A DNA stretch of 64,000 nucleotides, taken from Octopus sinensis. Its lineage: Eukaryota. This document shows, piece by piece, positions 29,785 through 43,013 of the stretch. The first letter of the stretch is position 1; each line of letters starts with the position of its first letter. The translations under genes and the position numbers were made by a program. The DNA lies in the NCBI RefSeq assembly GCF_006345805.1, contig NC_042997.1, positions 133,362,001 to 133,426,000 on the forward strand, in the 5' to 3' direction. Below the pieces are notes generated by a model, which saw nothing but the letters and a program-made list of their open reading frames with translations, was not told the DNA's origin and did not search any database.

Positions 29785-30910
29785 GAGAGGGAGGGACACC
29801 CTTATTTTTCCAACAAACTACGCACAACTATCAGAAGAATACGCAAATATATATCTGGCGTGTCACCAAGTTTCTCCGATCATAATATGATTTTGTAATG
29901 ACTCAGGGTTTTGCATCTCTGTATCTCGTTTATAGTCACATCAGAGACTAGGATTTCAAGTTATATCTCATGCATCAAAATCGACGGGAGAATCCTTTCA
30001 TATATGTGTGTGTGTGTGTGTGTTATATGTGTATATGTGCACGTGTGTAGGTCTGTCTCTGCATGCATGACGTATTTATAAGATATGTATACATATATCA
30101 ACCAAGCTAAACAACTTACAACTCTTCTATTTAAATAATGAATGCTATGATACGAAGGATTTTTACTTGTTATTTCTTGCAGATAAAGTGATCATTTAGA
30201 GGCTGAAACGCTTGCTTAACTTTTGTTTTCTTAAATAGAATTACACTTCATAGTTCATATCCTGACAAGTGCTTTGTTGGTATTACTCAGAATGAAATAT
30301 TTATCTGCCTTTGGATTAGTTCATAAAATAAATTCCAGTATTTATTTCTTTCGTCTTCATCCTTTTTATCGTTTAATCCGAAGAAGATTAAGCTGCGCCC
30401 ACAACTTTCCAAAAACAAGCTCTGTTCGACTAAAGAAATGGACAACCGTGTGACATTAATACCGTGCAGATAATAATGGACAGTATATACGAGTGACAGG
30501 GAATTTGCGTAAAACCATTTGTTATTATTCTTCTGGAAGTTCGCAGGTTTAGAATCCTTTCCCTTTTCTGCCTCATTCTCTTCACACTCTTCCCCACTCT
30601 CTACCTCCTACACCAATTCCAGCTTCTGCACGCCGAAGACTATCGCCATCGTCGTATTCATCATTATAAATACTATCACAAATCTTTCCGAAAAGTGACC
30701 TCACTTGATATGTTCAATTTTATTCTCCCATTGTTTAATATACAAGCGCGCGCTCACACACACACACACATAAACACGTGCACATACACATATATACGAA
30801 CACACACTCATGTACCCATACATACATAAACACACACATGCATACATGCATGCACACACACACACAAGCACACACATACATACACACACACGCGCACTCA
30901 CCTTTTAGAC

Positions 30911-31732
30911 CAGCGGTTCTCAACCAATTTTTAACTATGGAATCCCTTCCGTATTGTGTTTGGTTGGGCCCTCATAGTCATTTAATGTTTGAAAAATCTT
31001 ATTGTTTTGGGTTGTCCGGAAAGCTCGTGCCGATTTTTAAAGGAAAGAAAAGAGTCAATAAATACTTGCCATTACATTTTTAATCAACCAAATATGAACC
31101 ATTTTGTTGCACAATGCGTCTCCATCTTTCCTTTAACTTAAAAATACTCTCTTCCTAGAATTGAGGTGGTTTCATGGCAAAGAATTCATCAAGGTATCTT
31201 TTTACATCATCGAAGGAATTAAAATTTTTACCATTAAGACTGTTCTGCAGAGATCTGAATAAGTGGAAATCTGAAGGAGCAATATCTGGTGAATATGGAG
31301 GGTGGGGTAACACATCCCAGCCGAGCTGCAGCAATTTCTGTCTGGTTCCCAAAGCATCAAGTGCCGAAAATGAACTTTCTTATCTTCCATTTTAAATAGT
31401 TACAGAATTAACACGAGTTATAGGAACATAAGCTTTCTTCCACGAAAAGATAGCTTAAGCTTTGCTCTAAATGGAGGTGTAGTAAAATCCTATTTTATGG
31501 ACTCAACCATGTTCTAAAATAAGTCGAAAGGTAAGCTACTATAAATCAGTACGAACTTTCCGGAGAACCCAATATTCATATAATTAGATATCGTTATGAA
31601 TTGCATCAAAAAACGTTAAAATGATTTGTGTATTGTAAAAGTATATACCGATTATAGTGTACATAAATTTTACCAACAAGATTTTTTACGTGGATCTACA
31701 AGAGTTATATGGACTTTGTTTGAGATCCACTG
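30911..31732. mobile_element. hAT-type MITE interrupted by a mariner insertion
   Basis: Left TIR CAGCGGTTCTCAACC, right GTTTGAGATCCACTG; degenerate 8-bp flanks TTTTAGAC / CTCAAGAC. Confidence 0.6.
31007..31572 (-). mobile_element. Internally deleted mariner transposon
   Basis: ~30-bp TIRs TTGGGTT(G/C)TCCGGAAAG(C/T)TCGT...GATTT, TA at the right end; N-terminus MEDKKVHFRHLML fused to C-terminus LGWDVLPHPPYSPDIAPSDFHLFRSLQN. Confidence 0.92.
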
Positions 31733-31753
31733 CTCAAGACAAACAATCGATTA

Positions 31754-32009
31754 CTCTTTTACTTGTTTCAGTCATTTGACTGTGGCTATGCTGGAGCACC
31801 GCCTTTAGTCGAGCAAGTCGACCCCAGGACTTATTCTTTGTAAGCCTAGTACTTATTCTATCGGTTCTCTTTTGCCGAACCGCTAAGTTACGGAGACGTA
31901 AACACACCAGCATCGGTTGTCAAGCGATGTTTGGGGGGTACAAACATGCATACATACATACATACATACATACATACATACATACATACATACATACATA
32001 CATACATAC

Positions 32010-32108
<99 letters not shown>

Positions 32109-32154
32109 TAAAATATTATTCGAGACTATATATATATATATTATATATATTATA

Positions 32155-32185
<31 letters not shown>

Positions 32186-32347
32186 CGACGGGCTTCTTTC
32201 AGTTTCCGTCTACCAAATCCACTCACAAGGCTTTGGTCGGCCTGAGACTAGTAGAAGACACTTGCCGAAGGTGCCACGCAGTGGGACTGAACCCGGAACC
32301 ATGTTATTGGTAAGTAATTTACTTACCACACACCCACTCCTACGCCT
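31754..32347 (-). mobile_element. SINE family C, full length with expanded internal microsatellite
   Basis: Matches 12909-13297. Confidence 0.9.
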
Positions 32348-33175
32348 ATTAGCACAGATATAAAAAAAAACGTTGAGAATATTTGTGGTCTTGGATAATT
32401 TGCATAATTTAAACATAAATAACTAAGGGATATAATACAGTGTGACCTTTGCCACTTGGATAGGATTACAGGGACAAAGGAATATTTACTGAATACCTAA
32501 CAAGTTATATTCTTGATGTTTAAAATTATTCTTCAATAGAATAAAAACAAGCATCTAGTGGTGATTGCAGTCGATACCAAATGAGAAGGTGAGATAATCT
32601 CGAATAACTAACGCCATTCAGGAAAAGAAAAGTTGTTTTGTTTTTTTCCTACACCTCCCCACGTTCTTCTTGTGAACCACTTAGAATCAATATCATGACC
32701 TAAAGCAGACACACCTAAATATACCTCCTGCTTACAAAGTTCTACAGTCATGAATAAATTCTAAACAATAACATCACCCCAAATTTAATCAATAAAAATT
32801 TCTCCAAGACACCTTTTCATCAGATTCCACCATACAACCTAATTAATACTCCTCACAAAACCACCATACTCTAGGAAGATTTTAACTCAACCGAGTTAAA
32901 GCCAAGATTAACTTCAATGCATCGCAGTCCGACAATGGTTTAGATGGCCGAAGCTTCAAATCGCTGTCAATAATATTCTTGTTTAAGAATAATAAATTTG
33001 TACTCTACAAAAGTACAGCTTAACCCTTCAGATTATTGTAAAATTGTTTTTCTTATACTTGAACTTAAAAACAAACATTATGTGTGTGTGCGCGTATGTA
33101 CGTAGATTTACGTGTGCATGTATACATATACACATATGCATGCACCTATGTTTATGTGTGTGTATATATATAAGT

Positions 33176-33220
<45 letters not shown>

Positions 33221-33670
33221 CATACATACGTATATGTATATATGCATGTATATATATATATATACACACATACATGCATACATACATACACACACATACA
33301 TACATACATATATACATACATACATACATATGTACGTATGTATATGCGTATATATCTTGGTCTCAGATGCAGCTCTATTCAAATTTTCATATATTTCTCT
33401 TTCATATTCCAACCTTGCTTCCTTCCTAATCGCTTCTCTCCACTTTCTCTACATCGTCCATCTTCCCTGCATCTCCTTCCTTCTAACCCTCATCCTCACT
33501 TCTTTTTCAACCACCCTCTCACTCTCTTTTCTAATAACTGTCATCCTTTATCTTTCAATCTCTTTCTCTCTATCTCTCTATTTCCGATCTTCATTATTTT
33601 GACCAATCTTCAGTAGGTATTTGTGTTTGAATAGATTTGCGCACGTGCCTGTGTGCGCATGTTTGCACAC

Positions 33671-33709
<39 letters not shown>

Positions 33710-34100
33710 ACACACACACACATACGTGAGTTTATGTAACGTAGTATGTGTTTCTATGTAGGAGTGTATGTGCGTCTAAAGTCATTAAATCCTTTAGACA
33801 GTGTCAAACGGAAGCGCACATGTACTGAATGACAAGAGCTTTACAGGGGTTCTCAGTAATGCCTACCAACAACGAGACTATGATAATGAGGACATCTCCT
33901 ACACACACACAAACACACACACACACAAAGAGCAACTTCCATTTGTTTCTTTCGTTACTTGCAAAAAGAAGTCCTTATTTCATTCCGCGTAGTTCGTATT
34001 TTTTTTTGCTTTTGTGTTTTGTAACGTCCTGTGCCCACATATTCATATGTATATACGTATGCATATAAGTATGTATGTATACGTATGTATATATGCATAT

Positions 34101-34155
<55 letters not shown>

Positions 34156-34168
34156 ACGTATGTATATA

Positions 34169-34213
<45 letters not shown>

Positions 34214-34256
34214 CTCGGCTGGAACAGCTCTCATAAATTTTAAGCGCCATTTGTGT

Positions 34257-34326
<70 letters not shown>

Positions 34327-35760
34327 TCACACAATATTACATCTGAAAGCGGTGGGTTATAGGTACATACAATTAGTTCTTAGTTTGAATTGAACTCCAA
34401 CTTGAACTGTAACAACAAGTAGGAATGTTATATTTGCTTAATGGCGATCGGCTCCTGGTGGTTTTTCAACTGCGCATGTACGCGTTTGATAGAATGAAAC
34501 TTGGCAAACAACAGGTATCAGTTCAGATTATGACCTTTATATATTTCGATGTGAGGGTCGTGTTTTTGCATGAGTATAGAGCATAAGAAGGAAAGAAGAA
34601 AGTCTCTTACAGCTGTTTCAAGAATAGATGCGCAGAAGGTACATTTTACTGCAGACGATATGCGACCAACGTTATAGTAGCGATGATGGAGTAGATCGCA
34701 GCGAGATTGAGGTTCAATTCCACAATATTGATACCAACGAATTAGGTGTTCCGTTAAGATTAGTACACAATAGATGAGCAATACAATACATGATCAAAAA
34801 CACTCAGGCAACAATAGTTGACAAACTACAATTCTATACAAGATTCTGAAGGGTCTTTGCTAATAGGAAAATATAAATGAAAACGTCAGCACTTATATAT
34901 AGAATACAAGCGAAATAATTAATTTACATGAATTATCGGACTTAATTGCAACGGACGGGAAAAAAATCACCCGCACATCTATAATCTTGTGCGACCAAAC
35001 GCATATGCACGGAAAGTTGCTATTCTACAATAATTTTATTCTGAGGACTGAGCTGAACTTTCTTCGAAATGCTAACTAATGGATTTTGGAGCGTTAATGT
35101 TCATAATGAATATAAAGACTAACAAGGAGCTATGAAATATCTGAATTAAAATGAGCATAATCTTACACGTGTACACATACACACACACATACACACTCAC
35201 ACACATGCACGCACGCACTCGCACACAGACGTACATCAATATAATTTGGCTACTCTTTCTTTGATTTCGGTAATTAGATTGAAAACATACTGGCGGAAGG
35301 GAGAGACCTACATTCAAGGGATTTAATCAATTATTCTGAACACCAAATGAGACTTATCAATCTTTAAGATTGGCCTGGCTTCACCGGTGTGTGTATATGT
35401 GTGTATGTAAATCTGTGTGTGTGTGTGTCTCTGTGTGTGTGTGTGTGTGCGTGTGTTTGTGTGTCGATGTGTATGCGTACGTGTACGCATGTATTCCTGC
35501 GTTTTTGAACTTTATAAACATTGCGGTCTGGTAACTCATTCTTTACCGTTGTTCTCCTGCATTCCTTGGTTAACATTTGACGCTTTCAACCCGACACGTT
35601 TATATGTTTTTCTTTTCTATATATACGGTTGTATTTTTTTAATTTACCAATTCCAGCTTCTTAATCGATTTATTTATTTACTGATTTATTTTTTCTTTGA
35701 TTATATTTTGACTTCTAATCTAGCTTTTCGTTATTTTTTAAACAGTTATAATTCTTATTT

Positions 35761-35963
35761 TAATAGTTATCGCCAAGCTAATATGGCAGTCCAGAAATAT
35801 AGGACGAATGCTGCCGTTCATTAGCTCCAAGAGGCCATCGCCTCTAGCTAGCTATGTGGCACACGAACCTGTGTCCATTATAACCATGGCCTCTTGGAGC
35901 TAATCAACGGCAGCATTCATCCTATATTTCTGGACTGCCACATTAGCTTGGCGATAATTATTA
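35761..35963. repeat. Hairpin element: 78-bp inverted arms (74/78 match), 47-nt loop
   Basis: 35761-35838 versus the reverse complement of 35886-35963. Confidence 0.95.
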
Positions 35964-36012
35964 ATATCCAGTACCGCTGCCGTAGTCTCCTTTAGAGAGA
36001 CTTAGAAATAAT

Positions 36013-36465
36013 GGATCTTTTCGGTTTGAACAGCAGTTTTTTCCAGTGGTGTCATATGAAATTGTCACCCATAATTATGACGCTAGTATCGATCTATTAC
36101 ATTTCAATCTGTTTTAGGGTTAGGGTTAGCGTTAGGGTTAGTTAGGGTTAGGGTTAGGGTTAGGAGTGGGGGGAAGGGTATCTTTTTTTTTCTTCAGAAA
36201 TGTAAATAAACCCAATCTGTTTCTTAAACGAGGGACATATTCATACGGCTCAGACTGCTTTCACCTCAATAGACGTCATTGATTGGTTGAAATTGCAGAA
36301 ATTGAAGAAAAAAAACAACAAATATCTTACAAACCATAGAATTTTCTCAATAAAGCCAAGAGAAAAAGATGTTTTATAAGCACATTCTACCAGTATACGA
36401 AGCTTAAAAGTGTTTAGTTACGTGGAAATTATTTTTAAAAACTGCCGGTCAAACCGAAAAGATCC
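36013..36465. mobile_element. MITE with 29-bp TIRs, 8-bp TSD and internal (TTAGGG)n
   Basis: TIR GGATCTTTTCGGTTTGA(A/C)C(A/G)GCAGTTTTT (27/29); TSD GAAATAAT at 36005-36012 and 36466-36473; telomeric-type repeats at 36114-36164. Confidence 0.9.
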
Positions 36466-37244
36466 GAAATAATAATATTTCTAATTCTTTTTTTTTTTTT
36501 CAGTGGTGGTAGTAAGCCCTTTAGGTAATTTATCATTTTCATATCTCTAAGTTTTTGGTTCTTTAATATCCATCTGATCTTCTTTGGGATGGTAAATCGT
36601 AGAATCAGTAGGACAACAAAGAAAATAGAATACCTTTAAGAATTTTATTAATGTCCTTTACTTTGTGAATTCGAATCCCACCGAGATTGCATTTGCCTTT
36701 CAACTTTCCGGAATCTATGAAATATTTAATAAATTGCCAAATATTCAAAAGCAAATGATTACATGCTGCTTCAAATTTTACGACCTTCATACTTGCGTTA
36801 GAAATCAAAAATATATTTGATAAACACTATAAGTGAGCTGTTTTATATATTTCCATTTTTTTCATTATCTAGCTAATAAAATACGGATTTTCTGAGTTTC
36901 AATTGTTTCTTTTTATTCTCGTTTTAGAAATTATTTATTAATTTTATCACTTGGAAAAGTAACATTTTGTCCTCAGGTGAAACCATTCTTAAGATACAAG
37001 ACAAGTTATCTAAGCAAAAGATTTTGCTCAATGAATTATTTCAAACGATGTGACGTTTTAAAAACCAAATTCAAATACCTTACAAAGAAATGCAACGACA
37101 TTTACGCAACTAAAAAGTTGTATCTGAAGAGATAAGGAAAATATAAATATATATTGGAAATTAAAGACAATTAAACTAAGTTATTTATTTTAAATAGACA
37201 CAAATTTAATCTCGATAATAAACTATGTGTTGATACGTGCCCAG

Positions 37245-38170
37245 TAATGAGTCATGTTCATGCATCCCTGCCCTTTTTTTTGTTCATATCAAACATATTT
37301 TTTAAAATATTTCCACAATTACTGAACCAATATGTAAAACGTCCGACTTGGTGTAATTATCGATATGCGAACCTAAAATTAATATTCTTAGATTTATTAA
37401 GGCGGCGAGCTGGCAGAAACGTTAGCACGCCGGGCGAAATGCGTAGCCGTATTTCGTCTGCCGTTACGTTCTGGGTTCAAATTCCGCCGAGGTCGACTTT
37501 GACTTTCATCCTTTCGGGGTCGATAAATTAGGTACCTGTTGCGCACTGGGGTCGATGTAATCGACTTAATCCGTTTGTCTGTCCTTGTTTGTCCCCTCTA
37601 TGTTTAGCCCCTTGTGGGCAATAAAGAAATAGAAATTTCGTCCGTCTTTACTTCTGAGTTCAAATTCCGCCGAGGTAGACTTTGCCTTTCATCCTTTCGG
37701 GGTCGATAAATTAAGTACCATTTGCGTACTGGGGTCGATCTAATCGACTGGGTCCCTCCCCCAAAATTTCGGGCCTTGTGACTAGAGTAGAAAAGGATAC
37801 CTGTCCAGACATAAACAAAAAGTGATGAGTCTTGTTCTTGCGTTCATGCCCTTTTTCTTGTTCACATCAAACATATTTGTTAAAAAAGTACTGGCTTTCC
37901 CACAATTACTGAACCAATATGTAAAACGTCCGACTTGGTGTAATTATCAATGTGCGAAGACTAAAGTTAATATTTTTAGAATTATTAGGGCGGCTAACAA
38001 GCAAAGCGCTTAGCAGCTTTTCTTCCGTTCGTTCTAAGTTCAAATGCCGCCTACATCGACTTTACCTTTCATCTTTTCGGAGTCGATAAAATACATAACT
38101 GAGTTTGATGTAATCGACTTATCCCGCACTCGAAATTGCGGGCGTTGTGCCAGAGTTTGAAATCGATATT
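37245..38170 (+). repeat. Old tandem duplication of a ~150-bp unique segment plus SINE family B
   Basis: CCACAATTACTGAACCAATATGTAAAACGTCCGACTTGGTGTAATTATC occurs twice about 585 bp apart, each time followed by a family-B SINE head. Confidence 0.85.
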
Positions 38171-39004
38171 TGTAGAATTCTTCATCTCTTAAATATAGAA
38201 CTGTAACATCTAAAGTATTTATTATATAAGTGCAAGTTTTCCACATGTACTGCTACGATAAATCTTTCTGCTCGAGATGCATCTCCTACCCTACTCCATA
38301 TGTTTAGATTTGTGTCTACGTTACAACTCATTATCAACACACGGAAGACGCAGGTGTTAAATAGGAAATTGACAACAGAATCTTTTGCAAACGACAAAAT
38401 AAACCAGTCTCTGTTTGAATAGATTTATATTGATAAAGTGAAATAGATACCACCCTTCGCCAAAACAGATGAAAAATGTATTTATATATATATATCATCC
38501 TAACAAAAGGAAAGGTATGGCTTTTACAGTATTATCAAATATCTCGGACTGTATTTAATCCATGGAGAACAAAGTCAGTATCTGATAAACATAACTAAAA
38601 TAAGCTGTAAGGTCAAAAGTACATCACAAATGTAGGAAGGTTCTGGAAACGGAGAAAAAAAATATTGAAATATGACTATATTTATTACACTCTTATAAAA
38701 CAAAATGATGTTTATGTTAATTTACCTGAAAACGTGGCATTTGTTATTTGTTATTTTTCCTTCTCCACCAAAGGATTATCAATAGAGAAAAAAATGAATG
38801 TTTAAATAGAGCACACATTCAGACAGAAGATTTTTCGCGAAAAGAACATCTTAAATTGCTATGTTACTTCAATTCCAAAACAAAACTGTTGTGATAAGTG
38901 TTGTTGTTTAGCTCATGACCACATCCTATCCAGAAGGCCAATAATCAAAACATTCACTCCATACCAGTCCCGTCTTATTTTAAAATATATCATATGTAAC
39001 AGTA

Positions 39005-39448
39005 GAGGCGCAATGGCCCAGTGGTTAGGGCAGCGATCGAAGGATCACGGTTTCGATTCCCAGACCGGGCATTGTGAGTGTTTATTGAGCGAAAACACCT
39101 AAAACTCCACGAAGCTGTACTCTTTCACCACAACTTTCTCTCACTCTTTCTTCCTGTTTCTGTTGTATCTGTATTTCAAAGGGCAAGCTTTGTCATACTC
39201 TGTCACGCTGAATCTCCCCGAGAACTACGTTAAGGGTACACAACTGTCTGTGGAGTGCTCAGCCACTTGCACGTTAATAAATGAGCTGCGACGTCACTGG
39301 TGCCAGGTTGTATCGGCCTTTGCCTTTCCCTTGGATAACATCGGTGGCATAGAGAGGGGAGTCTGGTATGCGTGGGCGACTGCTGGTCTTCCATAAACAA
39401 CCTTGCCCCGACTTGTGCCTCGGAGGGTAACTTTCTATGTGCAATCCC
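39005..39448 (+). mobile_element. tRNA-derived SINE family D
   Basis: GAGGCGCAATGGCCCAGTGGTTAGG head, GGTTTCGATTCC B box; other copies at 40956-41426 (-), 44934-45062, 46838-46990, 49737-50036 and 55950-56260. Confidence 0.88.
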
Positions 39449-39519
39449 ATGTAATGGCAAGTATTTATTGACCTTTTTCTTTCCTTTAAAAATCGGCACG
39501 AACTTTCCGAACAACCCAA
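39449..39519 (+). mobile_element. 71-bp terminal fragment of the same mariner family as 31007-31572
   Basis: Reverse complement TTGGGTTGTTCGGAAAGTTCGTGCCGATTTTTAAAGGAAAG matches 31007-31080; followed by TA. Confidence 0.85.
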
Positions 39520-39939
39520 TATTTCACTCGTTCTTTTCACTACTAAAACCTAAACTGATGAACTATGAAAAACGATTATTATCTTGCCTCCCCAATTATA
39601 TATAAGATGCTTAAAATTTGTGCAACACTTCCTGTAATAACACCAACTGAAGAGTATTCTGCTTTTCTGGCTTAAGTGACTTAATGCATAAACTACTAGA
39701 CCTGGTTGCATAAGAAAGAGACTCTCTGATCTTTATCTTAGTAGTGATAATGAAGACGTTATCAGTATTTTCAAGCACACCGCCAAACAGGAGAGAACTA
39801 TTTATGATTTATTGAAGTATGTTGGCTTCATTATCCTTCAGAATGCATTGCAGTGAATACAGAACACGCTGAAGAGAGTTAAGAATAAGATTTTCACTTT
39901 TGCAATTACTCAATAAAGATCAATATATTTTTATTACGA

Positions 39940-40570
39940 AGGCGGCGACCTGACAGAAACGTTAGCACGCCGGGCGAAATGCTTAACCTTATTTCGTCTG
40001 CTGCTACGTTCTGAGCTCAAATTCCGCCGAGGTCGACTTTGCCTTTCATCCTTTCGGGAGCGATTAAATAAGTACCAGTTACGCACTGAGGTCGATATAA
40101 TCGACTTAATCCGTTTGTCTGTCCTTGTTTGTCCTCTCTGTGTTTAGCCGCTTGTGGGTAGTAAAGAAATAGGTATTTCATCTGTCAAGGGCGGCGAGCT
40201 AGCAGAAACGTTAGCACGTCGGGCGAAATGCGTAGCTGTATTTCGTCTGCCGTTACATTCTGAGTTCAAATTCCGCCGAGGTCGACTTTGCCTTTCATCC
40301 TTTCGGGATCGATTAAATAAGTATCAGTTATGCACTGGGGTCGATATAATCGACTTAATCCGTTTATCTGTCTTTGTTTGTCCTCTCTGTGGGTAGTAAA
40401 AAAATAGGTATTTCGTCTGCCGCTATGTTCTGATTCGAAATTCCGCCGAGGTCGACTTTGCCTTTCATCCTTTCAGGGGTCGATAAATAAAGTACCAATT
40501 GCATATTGGAGTCGATCTAATCGACTGGCTCCCTCCCTCAAAATTTCGCACCTAGAGTAGAAAAGAATAT
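39940..40570 (+). mobile_element. SINE family B, tandem multimer
   Basis: Two full heads (39941, ~40190) and a third partial body. Confidence 0.9.
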
Positions 40571-40955
40571 TTTCTATTACTAAATGAATGCGACCATTAT
40601 ATTAAATTGCCCACACTTTATTTCTATAAATCTTTAATCCAGAGATTCATGTTATTCCATAGTTCGATGTATGGACAATAGGATATCGCTAATTCCTACA
40701 ATGAGCGAGACAAAATCCAATCTTAATCCAATTGAATGATAAGTACAAATAAAATTAAATATTCCAATAGTTTTATAAATGGAATTTTTTTCTGTAATAG
40801 TAATCATGTCTTATCTATACTAAAGCTTCTCTCATTTTCTTTATTTACTTTGAACGTATACAACATACTTAACACATACAACTATAACATTCTTAACTTT
40901 TGACACACACACACACACACGCACACACATGTATACGTACAGACATTTATAATGT

Positions 40956-41426
40956 GACCCCCCCCCCCCCCGGTCATGAATGACCATGGGATTGCACTTA
41001 GAAAGTTACCCTCCGAGACACAAGGTTGTTTATGGAAGGCCAGCAGTCGCCCACACATACCAGACTCCCCTCTCCACGCCACCGATGTTATCCAAGGGAA
41101 AAGCAAAGGCCGATACAGCTTGGCACCTGTGACGCCGCTGCTCAATTATTAACGTGCAAGTGGCTGAGCACTCCACAGACACGTGTACCCTTAACGTAGT
41201 TCTCGGGGAGATTCAGCGTGACAGAGTATGACAAAGCTTGCCCTTTGAAATACAGATACAACAGAAACAGGAAGGAAGAGTGAGAGAAAGTTGTGGTGAA
41301 AGAGTACAGCAGGGTTCACCACCACCCCCTGCCGGAGCTTTAGGTGTTTTCGCTCAATAAACGCTCACAATGCTCGGTCCTAAGACCGCGATTTCGCTGC
41401 TCTAACTACTGGGCCATTGCGCCTCC
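40956..41426 (-). mobile_element. SINE family D
   Basis: Reverse-complement match to 39005-39448. Confidence 0.88.
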
Positions 41427-41428
41427 AT

Positions 41429-41542
<114 letters not shown>

Positions 41543-42088
41543 CATACATACAGAGATAAAGACACACATATTTATATAAATGTATATATATTCTTTTAAT
41601 TCTATTACTTGTTTCAGTCATCTAACTCAAACATGCACCGCCTGTATATATACACTTATCTCTCGACTATCGCGAGTGTTATATTCCAAAACCTCCCACA
41701 GAAATAATCAAAATCTAAATAGATTTTAAATACCTATCGGTCGTAGTCTGCCGTAGGAGTCTGCGATATAAATTTACATATATTAGCCAGAAAAATGCGT
41801 GATGTATTGAGTGCGCCATAAGTGAACCGCAATATGGTGAGAGATTACTGCAATATGATATAATATAATATAATATAATATAATATAATATAATATAATA
41901 TAATATAATATTATAATATATATAATATATATATATATAATATATATATATATAGAAAGTAGTAAAGAGTGAAAAAACGACAGAAGGCTTAAATGTTAAT
42001 ATATATATATATATATTGCGTCAATATGTCTGAAGAATATTAGAAAATTAAAAAAAAAAATTTTTTCTCTTATAATGACATAATTTAA

Positions 42089-42127
42089 AAGAAAGACCGG
42101 TTTCGCGTGTAGCTTTTCAGATTTCTT
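42089..42127 (-). ncRNA. Minimal hammerhead-like motif in the PLE 3' UTR (left arm)
   Basis: AAGAAA-T-CTGAAAA-GC(TACAC)GC-GAAA-CCGG-TC-TTTCTT; GUC triplet, palindromic stem III, core has A at position 8. Confidence 0.65.
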
Positions 42128-43013
42128 GTGACGTCATGTTTATGTTGAATAGAGTTATCGTTGTGTTTATTTTCAGGAGAGTTCTAAATAAGGGGAGGTA
42201 GTGAGTGATTTCTTCCGGTGTAAAGGAGATAATCGCTTAAAAATTTTTTCCTCTCCTTTGGTGTGAATTTCTCTGTATCAGTATGTTCGGATGGTTGAGT
42301 CTGGGCTTATACTTTTCAATGAAGAATGTTTCCTTGTTAGTCTAATTTGTGTTGATGATCCGAAAGCACATTGGTAAAATGGAAAGATTAAAAATTGTGG
42401 TAGTAGTTGCTTTGCGCATTTCTCAATGTGCTCACTAAAAGGTATCATTCTATATTCTGGGAATGCAATCTTGTTGTCGATGCAGTGTGCATCTACGTCT
42501 GAGTGAAAGTCCCGTGGAACCCACGTAGTCTTAGTGGCAGCCCGAGCATTTTATGACATAAATTATGTTTTCAGAGGCACACAAGTAAAGTTAGATTTGA
42601 TCTTGAATTTCTGTCCCTCTTTAAAGAGGAATTCTGATCCTTCTAGCAGGTTAGGACATATTGCACAGTTCGATCTACCACATTTTTTTACTTTTGCATC
42701 CGTAATTCAGAAGACAAATTTGCCTTTGTGAGAATCTTTTTAAGTGATTTAGGCTGTTTGTAGCTTTTAATGATTTGGTGTATGTTTAGAATTTCCTTTA
42801 ATTTGGGGTTTTTATGAAGTATGGTAAATTCTGGGTGATGATGGTGAAGGTCTTTTGTTTCTGGGGTTGTATGTAGATATGTAAGGTAGTTTCGGGGAAG
42901 GTGTGTTGTTGTGTTGAACTTTTCTTAAAGTTTCTATCTTGATTCTGTTGCACGTCTGATCCCATCCTCTATGAGTTGAGCTGGTAATGTCTGTCAATTA
43001 GGGTGTTTTTGAG

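Noticed and set aside
36114-36164. TTAGGG tract as a chromosome end or fusion site
   Set aside because: It is short, degenerate and enclosed by MITE TIRs and a TSD.
38182-38397. Complex-looking 71-aa ORF, plus similar ORFs at 513-790, 13416-13663 and 50605-50895, as host exons
   Set aside because: No recognisable domain or convincing splice signals; the lengths are expected by chance.
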